The notes: a model not told the origin generated them from the letters alone. A DNA stretch of 64,000 nt from Mobula hypostoma (GCF_963921235.1 NC_086097.1:193132001-193196000), one strand, 5' to 3'; numbered from the stretch's first letter, positions 13,919-27,983 are shown. Made by a program: numbers and translations.

Positions 13919-15529
13919 CTCCTCTTCCTATAGATGCTGCTTGGCCTGCTGCGTTCACCAGCAACTTTGATGTATGTTGCTTGAATTTCCAGCATCTGCA
14001 GAATTCCTGTTGTATGCATTGTTAGCATTCATTCCAAGAGGACTAGAATATAAAACCAAAACTGTAATGCTGAGGCTTTAATAAGGCATTGGTCAGACCA
14101 TTGTAAGCAGTTTTGAGCCCCTTATCTATGAAAAGATGTGGTGGCATTGGAGGGGGTCCAGAGGAGTTTCATGAGAATGATTGCCGGAATGAAAAGGTTA
14201 ACGTATGAGGAGCATTTGATGGCTTTAGGGTTTTATTTGCTGGATTTCAGAAGAATTGGGGGGATCTCATTGAAACCTCGCTAATGTTGCAAAGCCTAGA
14301 TAGAGTGGATGTGGAGAGGATGTTTCCTATGGTGGGTGTGTCTAGGTCCAGAGACCCACAGCCATTGAATAGACTGCCCTCTGTTTAGTACAGAGGTGAG
14401 AAGGAATTTCTTCAGCCAGAGGGTGGTGAACCTGTGGAATTCTCAGACAGCTGTGAAGGCCAAGTCATCGTGTATACTTAAAACAGGGGTTTATAGGGTC
14501 TGGATTAGTCAGGTGTCAAAGGTTACAGAGAGATTACAGGAGAATGGAGGTTGCGAGAGATAATATATCAGCCGTGTTGGAATAGTGGGGTAGACTCAAT
14601 AGGCTAATTTTGCTCCTATGTCTGATGGTCTTCCCTTTGCTGAACTCACTAGCTTCTCCACAGTAAACACAGATGTCAAACATTCACTTAAGGCATTACC
14701 TATTTCATATAATTCAACACATAGATCATCCCACTGATCACTAAGGGACCGGCACTCACCCTAGCTTCCCATTTACCCTTAATATACAATACATAGAAAC
14801 TTTAAGAATTCCCTTTTATCTTGTCTGCCAGGAATATTTCATGATTCCTTTTTTTCCTCCCAAATGTACTTGTTCCTTATGCCTTGATCCCTTATGCTCT
14901 TCATGGGGCTTGCTTGATCCTTGCTACCCAAACCTGACATACCTGCTTCCTCCTTCTTCCTGACCAGACCTTTAATATCACTCACTAGAGAATCCTTGAA
15001 TTTTTTCCTCTTTCGGGTAATCTCTTCCCAAGACAGAACTTAGTACAGAATGTTTTTTCACCTCAAGGCACTAGAAAAACCTTTACGAATTTTCAAAATG
15101 TGTGGACCGAATAAGTGAGCCAACATCAGTATCCTCTTTGGTTTGAGACTCCTAGTATTGAGATTTTGAGTATTGAGTTTTAAACTGGTCCATATGGACT
15201 GTGCTGCTCAGCAAACTAATCTGAGTTTGGCCCATAGCCCTCTAAACCTCTCCCATTCATGGACATCCAGATGACTTTTAGACATTTCTTTATGTGCCTG
15301 CTCCCACTACCATTTCTGGCCACTCATGAAGCAACTGCCACCTGGTGTCCCTTTTACATCTCCCCTTTCTGATGTTAAACCTATGCCCTCTTGTTTTTAG
15401 CAACCTCTCTTTCGGCAGAAGACTCTGTGCTTTTATCTTGTCAATGTCCCTCATAATCTTATATACCTCTAATAGTTCACCCCTCAGTCTCTTGTTTTGA
15501 GGGAGATTATGGTGGGTACGTCCCGAAAG

Positions 15530-17130
15530 CCTAACTAGGTATCCTGCCCCCAGACATTGTGGGAGGCAGGAACACCAATTGCAGGGGCCCTGGCAGAACT
15601 ATTTAAAATGTCCTTGACTAGAGAAATGGTGGGTAGCTAATGTTGTTCCATTGATCAGAAATAAGCTGGGAAGTAATAGGCATCAGTAGTGGAAAGTATT
15701 CTAAGGGACCAGATATTTATTTGGATAGACAGGGCCTGATTAGAGATAGTCAAGGCGACTTTGTGCACGTTAGGTCAAGTCTAACCAATCTTATAGAGTT
15801 TTCAAGGACGTTCCCAGATAAGTTGATGAAGGCAGTAGCTGTTATCTACATGGACTTTAGCAAGGCCTTTGACAAAGTCCTGTATGGAAGGCTGTTCAAA
15901 AAGGTTCCATCACTTGGCATTTAGGATGCGATACAAATTTGGATTTGACATTGGCTTTACAGGAGAAACCAGAGAATGGTAATAGATGGTTTGTTGATAT
16001 TTGTCATGTATAGTAACAGTCTGAATGGTATGTCAACTGGATCAGCCAATTTGCAGAAGACACCAAGATTGATTGGTGGAGTGGACAGTGAAGAAGGCTG
16101 TCAAAACTTGCAGCAGGATCTGGACCAGCTGGAAAAATGGGCTAAGAAATGGCAGATGGAATTTAATTCAGTCAAGTGTGAGATATTGCACTTTGGCAGG
16201 ACAAACCAGGGTAGGATGTTGTGAATCTTAGGGCACTAAGGAGTGTGTTAAAACAAAGGAATCTGGGAATACGGATTCATAATTCCTTGAAAGTGGCATC
16301 ACGGGTAGGTGGGATCGTAAATAGAGCTTTTGGCGCATTGAGCTTCATAAATCAGAGTATTGAGTACAAAGCAACACACACAAAATGCTGGAGGAACTCA
16401 GCAGGCCGGGCAGCATCTATGGAAAAAAAGTACAGTCGGCATTTCAGGCCAAGACCCTTCACCAGTCCTGCCTAAGGGTTTTGGCCAGAAACGTCAACTG
16501 TACATTGTTCTATAGATGCTGTCTGGTGTGCTGAGTTCCTCCAGCATTTTGTGTGTGTTGCTTAGATTTCCAGCATCTGCAGATTATCTCTTGTTTATGA
16601 TTGAGTACAAATGGTGGGATGTTATGTTCAATTTGTATGAGACGTTGTTGAGGCTAAATTTGGAGTATTGTGTGCAGTTTTCATCACCTACCTATAGAAC
16701 GATATCACTAAGATTGAAAGTGTACAGAGAAATTTTACTGAGATGCTGCTGCGTCTTGAGAATCTGAGTCACAGGGAAAGTCTGAATATGTTTGTACTTC
16801 ATTCCCTGGATTGAAGGATAATGAGGGGAGATGTGATAGAATTACAAAATTATGAGGGGCATAGATAGGGTAAATGCAAGCATGCTTTTTCCACTGACAT
16901 TGGTTGAGACTAGAGCTAGAGATCACAGGTTGAGGGTGGAAAGTGAAATATTTAAGGGGAACCTGAGGGGGAACATCTTCATTTAGAGGCTGGTACGAGT
17001 GTGGAATGAGCTGCCAGTGGAATTGGTGGATATGGGTTTGAATGCAACACTTAAGGGAAGTTTCGATAAGTACATGGACGGGAGGGTATAAGGGGCAAAA
17101 TTACAAGTCGGAATGGACTAGATTAGCAAT
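15530..17130 (+). mobile_element. Decayed CR1-type LINE RT/3' fragment
   Basis: IYMDFSKAFDKV, LQQDLDQLEKWAKKWQMEFNSVKCEILHFG, LEYCVQF. Confidence 0.82.
16371..16599. mobile_element. Mini-palindrome of Penelope 3' ends inside a CR1
   Basis: gcaacacacacaaaatgctggaggaactcagca...tgctgagttcctccagcattttgtgtgtgttgc. 12-bp TSD attgagtacaaa at 16359-16370 and 16600-16611. The centre lies near the 5' edge of the hammerhead motif. Confidence 0.85.
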
Positions 17131-17849
17131 CTTCTGTGTGTATTGCACAGTAAACTTAATCGAAATATATATTTTTGTACAATTTACAAAATATGGATTA
17201 TTTCTATTATTTATTTATGAAGTAACACCATGTCGCTAAAACTGTATATTGGAAATGAAAGCACTGGGTAAGCAGATTGCTTTCATCCAACTTCCACCAT
17301 GTGAAATGTATATGTTTCTTCAATGTCTTCAACAAAATTTAGGTTTTTTTAGTTAATGGTGGGCAGTGTGAATATGCAAATTAAAGGAGGAATGCAACAA
17401 GTGTTGGGGTCCACTGTGGCAAGGGGATTTATAGTATCAGAGACTATTTAGGACTCAGAAGGAGGCCATTCAGCTCAAGATGTCTGTGCTGGTTTAATAA
17501 TAGGTCTATAGTCCTGCAGGTCACAGCTCTTTGAATACACTTCAAGTATTTCCTCCCTTACAAGCCACTTTCAGATCCGTACACCCCTCTGAAAGAAATA
17601 AAGTTTCTCCATAATCCTTTAAGTCTAGCATCAGTTATGGGGAAAATCCTGTGGCCCAATTTTTGATCAAATGCTATTCTTGGGAAATTGGACTCATACA
17701 ACCGCTTGCAATTTATCCAGATGCTTATGTAATTTCCCCACTATACTTCAATTGCTTGATGATGTCATTAATATTTACAGCACCCATTATTACAACTGAG
17801 GTTAGACCACATCCTTTGATATTAATTCATGATTCAACAATGAATATAT

Positions 17850-18740
17850 AAGATATACAGAGAGTCTGCAGAGAGTTATCGATAGGTTAAGTGAGTGGGC
17901 AAGTGTCCGGCAGATGGAGTACAATGTTGGTAAATGCGAGGTCATCCACTTTGGAAGGAAAAATGAGAGCAGATTATTATTTAAATGGCAAAAAATTGCA
18001 GCATGCTGCTGTGCAGAGGGACTTGGCAGTACTTGTGCATGAATCACAAAAGGTTGGTTTGCAGGTGCAGCAGGCTATCAAGAAGGCAAATAAAATGCTG
18101 GCCTTCATTGCTAGGGGGACTGAATTCAACAGCATGGAGGTAATGCTGCAACTGTACAGGGTACTGGTGAGACTGCACCTGGAGTGCTGTGTGCAGTTCT
18201 AGTTCCCTTACTTGAGGAAGGATACGCTGGCTTTGGAGGCGGTGCAGAGGAGATTCACCAGGTTGATTTTCAGAGACGAGGGGGTTAGACTATGAGGAGA
18301 GATTGAGTTGCCTGGGACTGTATAGATGGAAATCAGAAGAATGAGAGGAGATCTTATAGAAACATATAAAATTATGAAAGGGATATGTAAGATAGAGGCA
18401 GGAAAGTTATTTCCAATGTTAGGTGAGACTAGGACTAGGAGACATAGCCTCGAGATCCAGGGGAGTAGATTTAGAGCGGAGATGAGGAGGAATTGCTTTT
18501 CCCAGAGAGTGGTGAATCTGTGGAATTCTTGCCCAATGAAGTAGTGGAGGCTACTTCAGTAAATATATCTTAGACAAGATTGGATAGATTTCTGCATAGT
18601 AGGGGAATTAAGGGATATGGGAAAAAGGCGGGTAGGTGGAGATGAGTCCACGGCCAGATTAGCCACGATATTATTGAACGGCGGAGCATACTCGACGGAC
18701 CAGATGGCCTACTCCTGCTCCTATTTCTTATGTTTGTATG
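17850..18740 (+). mobile_element. CR1-type LINE 3' fragment
   Basis: QRDLAVLVH..KKANKMLAFIARG..LYRVLVRLHLECCVQF and RRMRGDLIETYKIMKG; 3' tail cctactcctgctcctatttcttatg. Confidence 0.85.
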
Positions 18741-20094
18741 AATATATCATGCTTAAAGTAGTTGAATCCTGCATGACCTAACTATCCCCATGGAATATTG
18801 TTTTAATGATTACAGATGATCACCTGTAGTATTAATCTTTATGAAAATCTGTTGCCAATGTTCTGTGGTACAGATCAAGTTTTCTGTGAAGTGATGACTG
18901 CTCTTCACAGATAGCTCAGTCAAAACTTGCAGTGCTACCACTAGTATCAGAAGTTGAAGGAACCTCAAGTCCACAGAGTGCAGCCAGTCCATTCAATACT
19001 CGAGAGTGGTCCCCCCATGACACCCATGTGCTGTCATCCCATCTTCCCTCTATCCAACCCCTATGTTGTGACTTTGATCAAAGTCACCGGAGAGATATTA
19101 AAGCTAGTGATAATAGAATTCTTTATTCATCACAACAATCAGGCATTCTTCTCCCTCACAGTAGAGTCTTGCAAACTCAAAAATAGTCACATTTTTATGC
19201 CCTTAGATCAATAGGTGATTCAATACCGTTTCAATAGTTACAATGACATCATTTATTTCAATACTTTGGGCTGATAATGCTTACTTTCATTTGCTTTTCT
19301 GTAGTGGGAGACGCCTCTGATTCTTCAAATACTTTTACTTGGACACTGCCCTGAACTTATTTACGATGCTGCAAATGATTTAAACCCATAGTTGTCTGGA
19401 TTGATGCTGGCCAATTAACACGACCCCACTGTCTTAATATTTGGCTGATACATATGCAATCCCTTATTCTGTGGGCCAGCCTGTGCTTTAATTTCAATTA
19501 ACTTCAATTTACTGCTTGCAATTTACAATAAAAATGGAAGACTGCTTCTTGCTTGAATCTACTACATTCATCTAACTCAAGAATATTCCCTTAACACCTA
19601 TTTATCACAATTCCCATCTCCCTACCTCTTTTACATTTGAGTATTTTTGAAACCCCAAAGAGAAATAACTCTGACAACAGTCCCACGTATCTGCATGTAA
19701 ATGCTGTTTTACTATCTGCTTAGCAAACAACAGTATCTGATATATGTAAATTTGATCTTAATGCTTCTTAAAAGAAGACAACCAATGCTATCCCCAAGAA
19801 AGCATTCAAATTGTGATCTTAATCAGCAAGTCAATTTTGAACCAGTTTTGGTGGTTATAGAGATTTTATAGAAACATATAAAATTATGAAAGGGGTAGAT
19901 AACATAGAGGCAGGAAAGTTGTTTCCACTGGTAGGTGAGACTAGAACTAGGAGACATGGCCTCAAGATCCAGGGGAGCAGATTTAGGATGGAGAGGAGGT
20001 CTCAGCTCCGCAGCAGTTCTCTCTATCTTTCCTGCTGTAGTGCCTCAGCTCACCTCCAGTAATCTCCCTTTTGCAGTAGAGTCACTCTGCTGAC

Positions 20095-21085
20095 CCACGA
20101 CTGTGCTGCAACACACAGCTCGAATCACATCATCAAGTTCGGTAACGACGCGACCGTGGTGGGTCTCATCAGCAAGAATGATGAGTCAGCATACTGAGAG
20201 GAGGTGCAGTGGTTAACAGACTGGTGCAGAGTCAACAACCTGTCTCTGAATGCAAACAAAACAAAAGAGATGATTGTTGACTTCAGGAGGATACGGAGCG
20301 ACCACTCTCTGCTGAACATCGACGACTCCTCTGTAGAGATCGTTAAGAGCACCAAATTTCTTGGTTTTCACCTGGTCCCTCAACACCAGCTTCATAGCAA
20401 AGAAAGCCTAGCAGCATCTCTACTTTCTGCGAAGGCTGAGAAAAGTCAATCTCCCCCCCGCCCCCCCCATCCTCACCACATTCTACAGAGGTTGTATTGA
20501 GAGCATCCTGAGCAGCTACATCACTGCCTGGTTTGGAAATTGCACCATCTCGGATCGCAAGACCCTGCAGCGGATAGTGAGGTCAGCTGAGAAGATCATC
20601 GGGGTCTCTCTTCCCGCCATCACAGACATTTACACCACACACTGCATCCGCAAAGCAAACAGCATTATGAAGGACCCCATGCACCCCTCATATAAACTCT
20701 TCTCCCCCCTGTCATCTGGAAAAAGGCACCAAAGCATCTGGGCTCTCACAACCAGACAATGTAACAGTTTCTTCCCCCAAGCCATCAGACTCCTCATTAC
20801 CCAGAGCCTGGCTTGACAGCAACCTACTAAACCCTCTACTGTGCCTACTGTCTTGTTTATTATTTATTATTATTTATTGTAGTGCCTGCACTGTTTTTGT
20901 GCACTTTATGCAGTCCTGGATAGGTCTGTAGTCTAGTGTAGTTTTTGTGTTTTTTTCTTACCTAGTTCAGTATAGTTTTTGTATTGGTTCATGTAGCACC
21001 ATGGTCCTGGAAAACGTTGTCTCATTTTTACTATGTTCTGTACCAGCAGTTATGGTTGAAATGACAATAAAAAGTGACTTGACTT
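20095..21085 (+). mobile_element. Rex1/Babar-type LINE 3' fragment
   Basis: WLTDWCRVNNLSLNANKTKEMIVDFRR and VRSAEKIIG..IMKDPMHP..NSFFPQAIRLL; tail aataaaaagtgacttgacttga. Confidence 0.75.
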
Positions 21086-21559
21086 GAGTAAACCTATAGA
21101 ACAAAAGAGGAATTGTTACATTTATGTAGCTTCGCCTCCAGATTTTTAAGGCCACTTCAACCTCAGTAATTGAGCTACATCAACAGATGTTGCTGCACAT
21201 TCACCCGTACAGAGACCAGGCTCACTGAACCAGACAACAGAATGAGCCTTGCATCAGATGTTTACAAACCAGAGGGCCGGTCTGTGCTTTCTGTACAAAA
21301 TCATCCCCCACAATAGTCCAGAACAAGACAGTGGAAAATATGAACCACTTCACACCTTTCACCAAATGCAGATACCGGGGATGAAGTTCACAACCACCTG
21401 AGTACCAGTATTGCTTTGATGGTCTGAGGAGGAAAATGGTTAAAGATCAAGACCTTCAGAGTCTACGTAGAATTGGTCTCCACTCTTCTGTACACTTGTG
21501 AAACTATTGTCTACCTTCAGCAAGCTTTTCTTCTGGCAACATGTCCAAGGCATATAGTA

Positions 21560-23150
21560 CTCTTGCCATGGTAATCCCCTTTGAACTTACTCCCACACAC
21601 TTTAAAACTACATCCACTGACATTTCCATCCTGTGGAGAGTTTCTGATGATCTACCCTGTCTGTGCCTTTCATATTTTGATCATTTTGCCCATCAGCTGT
21701 AAAACAACTGCCAATTTATCTAATCCATTCTTGTAACTGATATTTTATCTAATCCAATCCGGGCAATCTCTTAGTGTAAATCTTCTCACCTTCTGCAAAG
21801 CCACTATATCCTTCCTGTAATGTGGTGACCAGAACTGCATGGTACTGCAAATGAGGCCTACCAAAAATTTTATACAGCTGCAACAAGACTTCCTGAATTT
21901 TATACTCAACATCCCAAACAATGCAGGCAAGAATGCTTAAGCCTTCTTTACCACCCAATCTACTTGTGTTGTTTTCAGAGAGCTGTAAATTTGCATCGCA
22001 AGCTCCCTTTGTAAACTAATGTTCCTAAGTGTTCTGCCATTTACTATATGTTTTCATCTGAAATTTGACTTCCCAGTTCGCAGTTTCCCCAATGAAAAAC
22101 CATCTGTTGTTTCTCTGCCCACAGTTCAAACTGTTCTATATCCCTCTGAATATTTTGACAATCTTTCTCACTATCCACAACACCTCCAATTTTTGTGTTA
22201 TCTGCAAACTTACTAATTAGTCCACTTCATTTCATCCAAACTATATATCACAAACAACAGGAATCAATGGGAAAAAGCCCTCCCCACCATTAAGTACATC
22301 TACAAGGAACGCTGACACAAAAATGGAGCATCCATCATCAAAGAACCACACCATCCAGGCTGTGCTCTTCTCTCACTGCTGCCATTGAGAAGGAGGTACA
22401 GGAGCCTTGGGTGCCTCACCAACAGGTTCAGGAACAGTTATTATCCTTTAACCAGACCCCTGAACTAGCACAGGCAACTTCACTCATCTCAAAACTGAAC
22501 TGATTCCACTGAGAACTCTACAATTTGCATTCTCAATATTATTTATTTATTGTATTTATTATTATTTTTGTATTTGCACAGCTTGTCTTCTTTTGCACGT
22601 TTGTTGTTTGTGTAGTTTTTCATTGATTTGATTGTTTTTCTTTGTTCTACTGTGAATGCTTGCAGGAAAATGAATCTCAGTTGACTTGCGCATACAAACT
22701 TTGATAACAAATTTACTTTGAAATTTGAATAGAGGTCCCAGCAATGACCTATGTGGAGTACTGCTGGTCACAGACCTCCAGTCAGAATAGCACCACCTCC
22801 ATCACTACCCTTTTGTCTTTCATGGCCAAGTCAATTTTGAATTGAATCTACCAAGTCTCTTTTGATCCCATGTACCTTAATCTTCTGGGTAAGTGGATAT
22901 TGTACACATTTTCGGAAGCTTTATTAAAAGCCCATGTGTACAACATCCATTGCCCACTCTCATCAATCATCTTCTTCATATCCTCAAAAAACTCACAAAA
23001 CAAGAGAAAAAATCTGCAGATACTGGAGATCCGAGCAACATACACAAAATGCTGGAGGAACTCAGCAGGCCAGGCAGCATCTATGGAAAAAAGTACAGTA
23101 ACCACCCATGAACAAAGCCATGCTGAGAATCAATAATCGGTCTTATGCTT
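21560..23150 (-). mobile_element. Decayed CR1-type LINE with nested Rex-like (~22265-22730) and Penelope fragments
   Basis: LLQLYKIFGRPHLQY and QFWSPHYRKDIVAL. Confidence 0.65.
22995..23099 (-). mobile_element. About 105-bp Penelope 3'-terminal fragment inside a CR1
   Basis: aatctgcagatactgg...gcagcatctatggaaaaaagtacagt; stops at the hammerhead cleavage position. Confidence 0.72.
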
Positions 23151-25684
23151 TTCCAAAAATTTTTTTAAATTTTTTTGATTTGGCTGCTGTCTTGATTCTA
23201 GAATGGTTCCTGTGAATTTGTAGGGTGAAATATAATATTACTGCTTAAGAAAGCTGGGAAATAAAATACAGGGCAGTCAGGCTGGGATGTCATCAGTAAC
23301 AGGAAAAATACCAGAATCTGTTATTAAAGAATTTGTACAGAATCTTTTGAAAATTCCCATTCTTTAAAGCAATGCCAAATAGATTGTATGGAAGAGAGTT
23401 TCTGTTTTGAGGGTTAGCTAACAGTTTAGGGATGTAATGCATTTGGATTTCGGAGGATATTAAATAAGGTGCCAGAGAAATGATGATTTCACATTACTTC
23501 ACTCAAGGGATATTTATCAACATGCACTGAGAATTGATTAAATAACAGAAAACTGAGAGCAGAACACAATGGATAATTTTCTTGAGGACAATTTATTATG
23601 AGTGGTGTGTGATAGAGATCAATATTTGGCCTGAGCTGTTTGCAATCTACTGTATACTAAAGGCTTAGGTGAGGGATCCAAATACTGTATACAGTATCTA
23701 AGTATGTTGAATGTATTATCAGGTAGTGGTCATAAATATAGAGACATAAAGTGTTATCAGATTTTTAAAACGTCTTATGATCTTTGTGCAGGGACCCCCA
23801 TGCTTCACCGGGACACCACTCTTTCTGTTTTTCAAGATCTTTAATGTTCGCCCCTTTCAGTCCAAATGAGTTACCTCACATCTGCTTACATTAGCATCTA
23901 TTTGCCACCATTCTGCATATTATCTCTGTTATTTTACATCTCTGTCTGCAGTTTCAATGGCAATGCAACTTTGTGTCATTGGCAGACTTGGATATGTGGC
24001 TTTTATCACATAATTTAAGTCTCTAACAAATATAGAGTTATACAACATGGAAATAGGCCCTTCAGTTTAACTAGTCCATGCTAAGCAAGCTTCTCATTTT
24101 AAAATAATCCCATTTGACTATGTTTGCCCATATCACTTCAGACCGTATCTATCAATTTACTTGTGCTTTTAAATGCTGTCAGTGTAGCTGCCTTAACCAC
24201 TTCCTCTCATTCCATATACTGACTACACTCTGGGTGAAAATGTTGGCCTTCAGGTTTCTATTAAATCTTTCCCCTCTCACAGCCAGATTTATTATCTGTG
24301 ATCGGTCATGATTTTTTTGTTTTGCGGCAGCAGTACAGTGCAATACTATAAATTACAACAAGAGATATACCTAAAAGTCAAATTAAATAAGTAACGCAAA
24401 AAGGGAGCAAAAATAGTGAGGTATTGTTCATGGATTCATTGTCTGTTCAGAATTCTGATGGTGGAGGGGAAGAAGCTGCTCCTGAAACATTGACTGTGTC
24501 CATGTCCACATTGCTGGTTTCGAGTGTGGAGCTGAGGCCTAGGCTCCAGCCTATCCTCTAGTTCCCACATCCCTGTCCCTAAACCCCAACCTGATTCCAA
24601 ACTCCCCTCTCTGTCCCCAAAACCATCCCTACTAACTTAAAAACAACTAAGTTTGAGCCATGGCCTCGACTGGCTCAACGTCATCTTGACCAGAATGTAG
24701 TATTATATTGTTCTTCTGTTGTTCACATGCTTATTTCTATGGTTCTAATCTGCTGCTAAAGCATTTATTGAAATGAAGTAAAATTGTACAATCTCCTGTC
24801 AGTGCACCAGGTGGCAGGTTTTCTTTTCTAAGGTTAACAGTTCAATGTAATTTAAAATAGCATTCTCCTTTTCACACAATCCCATTTATTTTTCAGTGGA
24901 TTTTGATGGGTTTTACCTTTATTTGTGGGCACATAATTAGACGTTTAGCAGCCCTGCCTTTTTTTAAACTACCAATTATTTTGTCTTTACTGCCAGTAGT
25001 GCTCTGCCTCCTTTCCTTTGCTTTTCTGTCAATGTGATGTCCTCCTGGGTTATGATTACTAGACACATCACCTTACACACATTGTAATTTTTCTGTTTTG
25101 TGCAAAAGTAATCTCATTCCTTTATTTTTAAGAATTCATTTTTTTATGAATGAGGTGATTTCTGTTTCTGATTCTTTTCAATCAACCTCCATTGGCATTA
25201 TTTTGTTAGGGTCCCTGTTCTAAGCAGAGTTTTTCAGTCATGACGATGGAGATTTTTCTGGTGCAACCACAAAGTTCAACCTGTGAAACTTGGAAAATTT
25301 AATAGAATGATGTATCTGTGCTGCTGTGACTGACTGAACTGAGTTACTGGCACACTGAAATTGGTGATATAAAAGGCTTTATTTAATACAGCAGATTTTC
25401 TCGAGAGAATTTAATTCTCCTGTCCTGACACGATGTTTTATACATTTTAAACAGTGATAAACAATGTTTTAACAGCTGGAATCACCTACTTTAATATCTT
25501 GAATATAGACAGGTAACATTACAAAATTATATATTTACAATGGGAGCACATCCCAATCAACAGGACTCCTTTAAATATTCAAATACTGATGGCTGGTCCA
25601 AAAGCTTCTGAGCATAAACTCCAACCACTCAAAATGTACTTCTTTTGTTACTGTGTAGAGGAATAGCTCCCTGCTGAATACACA

Positions 25685-26009
25685 TATATATAGGCATCCA
25701 TTCGTCTCGTGAGACCATGGATTTGTGCCTTGGAAGGTTTCCAGGGTGCAAGTCTGGGCAAGGTTGTATGGAAGACTGACAGTTGCCTATGCTGCAATTC
25801 TCCCCTCTCCACGACACCAATGTTGTCCAAAGGAAGGGCATTAGGACCCATACAGCTTGTACGTATATACAGCTGGGCACCGGTGTCATCACAGAGCAAT
25901 GTGTGGTTAAGTGCCTTGCTCAAGGACACAGCACGCTGCCTCAGCCAAGGCTTGAACTAGCAACCTTCAGATCACTAGACAAACGCCTTAACCACTTGGT
26001 CACGCGCCG
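25685..26009 (-). mobile_element. tRNA-derived SINE with CORE-like domain
   Basis: Head ggcgcgtgaccaagtggttaagg...agttcaagcc and CORE-like gtgtccttgagcaaggcacttaacc. 12-bp TSD gctgaatacaca at 25673-25684 and 26010-26021. Confidence 0.82.
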
Positions 26010-27983
26010 GCTGAATACACAACTAGCCAAAAAAACAGACTTTCCTTAACTGTGCATTAAGGGGCAGAAATATGTATTTAACGGTGTGTTATATAGGAAA
26101 AGGCCACTTAATACAAGCTTTTTGTTGCAACAGCACTCAACCAGTTTATTTATCCCATTACTCTATGCCTCCACGCACCATCTGAAATTCCATCAACAAT
26201 AGTCATCAGCAAATTTATAGATGGGATTTGAGCTGTGCCTAGCCTCAGGGTTGTGCGTGTAGGAAGGGTGGCACAGTGGGCTAAGCATGCATTCTTCAGG
26301 TGTTCCAATGTTGATTGTTAGCAAGGAAGAGATGTTATTTCCAATTTGCACCAACTGTGGTCTCCCAATGAGAAAGCCAAGGATCCATTTGCTGGTATGA
26401 TGCTGTTGATTACAGCTCAGTATTCAATAAACAGCAGCTTGACGTAGGTGTTGCTATTGTCCAGATGATCCAAGGCCGATCACAAGGAACCATTAGTATC
26501 ATCTAGTGACAAAATGATCATTAAGGTATGACATTCCCTTCACTGATCTGAGGTTACTGAAGCTAGTTACAGTAGACTTTGTGTAATCTGTTCTCTTTCA
26601 AAGATATCTTGGTGGTGAAACTAAACTTGGGCAGTTACATAAAATGGACAAAAATAACTCACCAGCTTATTTGACAATCAAATTTCTTTTCCATTTTAAG
26701 TTAATTATTTACACTGCAGTACAGACTAATTTGCCCTTTTCTTCCCCCTCACAAACACACACATCACAATGATCCATATAGAAGAAGAATTTGTTTTAAA
26801 AGCATTTCTAGTTAATCATATATTTGGCCTCGACTGAACACTGATAAGGATGCCGTGGCTGTTGCAGGCTACATTGTGAGTGGGTGTTGTTTCTTTCTCA
26901 TAGCCAGTGCAGAGAATGTGAAATTGTGAGACAAATACCCCTTTTATAATTAATGCCAGTCTCTTTCAACCCCTGCGTCTCATCTATGACTACATTCTTT
27001 TGGATAACTGTGACTGAAGTTTGTGAAGATAAATTAGGCAGTGAGCTCCTTTGAAGGATTTAAAAATTTTTAATTTCATTTGGAGATACAGTGCAGTAAC
27101 AGTCCCTTCTGGCTCAATGAGACGGTGCTGCCCAATTACACACATGTGATCAGTTAACCAACTAACCCATGCATCTTTGAAATGTGGGAGGAAACCCATG
27201 TGGTCACATGTGGAATGTACAGACAGCGACAGAATGGAACCCGGACTGCAGGCACTGGAATAGCATTACACTAACCAGTCTGCTACTGAGCCACCCAGTT
27301 CTAAGGCCTAGTTGTAGAATTTTATTGTTGGAGTTTGCAGTGTTTTGCAGGGACAAGGTGGGCCTTTTTTTGGTACATGGTTAATGTAAGGCCATTTCTC
27401 TCCAGTGCGTCAGTGAACAAATCAATGATGTCTTGGGGGACTTGAGACTGCAGATGCTGGAAACTAGAGCATCAATCTGCCATAGGAACTTCATGGGTCG
27501 AGCATCATCTGAGGGGATGAAGGGAACTGTCTACATTTCAGTTCAAAGCCCTGCTTTGGGTCTTAGAATGAGGAGAGAAGTTAGCTAACATAAAGAGGAG
27601 AGGTCAAGTGGTGAGACAGGAGCCAGAAGTGATTGGTGGACTGAGGAAAAGTGAGGGACAGATAGAGTCAGGGAGGGAGGGGTAGGTGTGGAGCTGAGAG
27701 ACAGAGACTGAGAGGTAGGTGACAAATGGAGGCCGGCAAAAAAAGAGACAGATGAAGCTGGGGGTGGGTGGCTGGTGGGGAAGGAGTTGGGTGAAGGTTA
27801 TCACCCTCCCAGTAGTCTACATCTTTGTCCTCCCCTCACAATGATATCTTGTGGCTTAGTCTTTTAACATGCACGGGCATAAGCAACAACCAGGGTTAAT
27901 ATGACCTCAGTTCTGAATTGGAGGCAAAATATACTGAAGCATTTTACAGTGATTGTGCAGATAAGTAGGAAATGTCTTAGAAG

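Larger units (their letters stand above)
10362..14013. mobile_element. Palindromic Penelope-like element insertion (Neptune-type): minus-strand copy 10362-~12534 joined to plus-strand copy ~12535-14013
   Basis: About 10358-11803 is the reverse complement of about 12535-13981, with a ~730-bp unique spacer. TSD atgcaatgttagca (10348-10361) / atgcattgttagca (14014-14027). Interrupts a CR1 LINE. Confidence 0.93.
7830..14630 (+). mobile_element. Decayed CR1-type LINE (endonuclease to 3' end), interrupted by a SINE (8799-9061) and the Penelope palindrome
   Basis: Fragments VYLDFQKALDK, SGVPRGSVLG..LFTLYVNDLD and KFADDTK (aagtttgcagatgatacaaaa). The sequence resumes colinearly after 14014. Confidence 0.85.

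Noticed and set aside
10362..14013. DNA transposon with long TIRs, or a DIRS/LTR element
   Set aside because: The arms are coding sequence plus 3' UTR of an RT/GIY-YIG element. There is no transposase, tyrosine recombinase, integrase or gag, and TSD lengths vary across the family.
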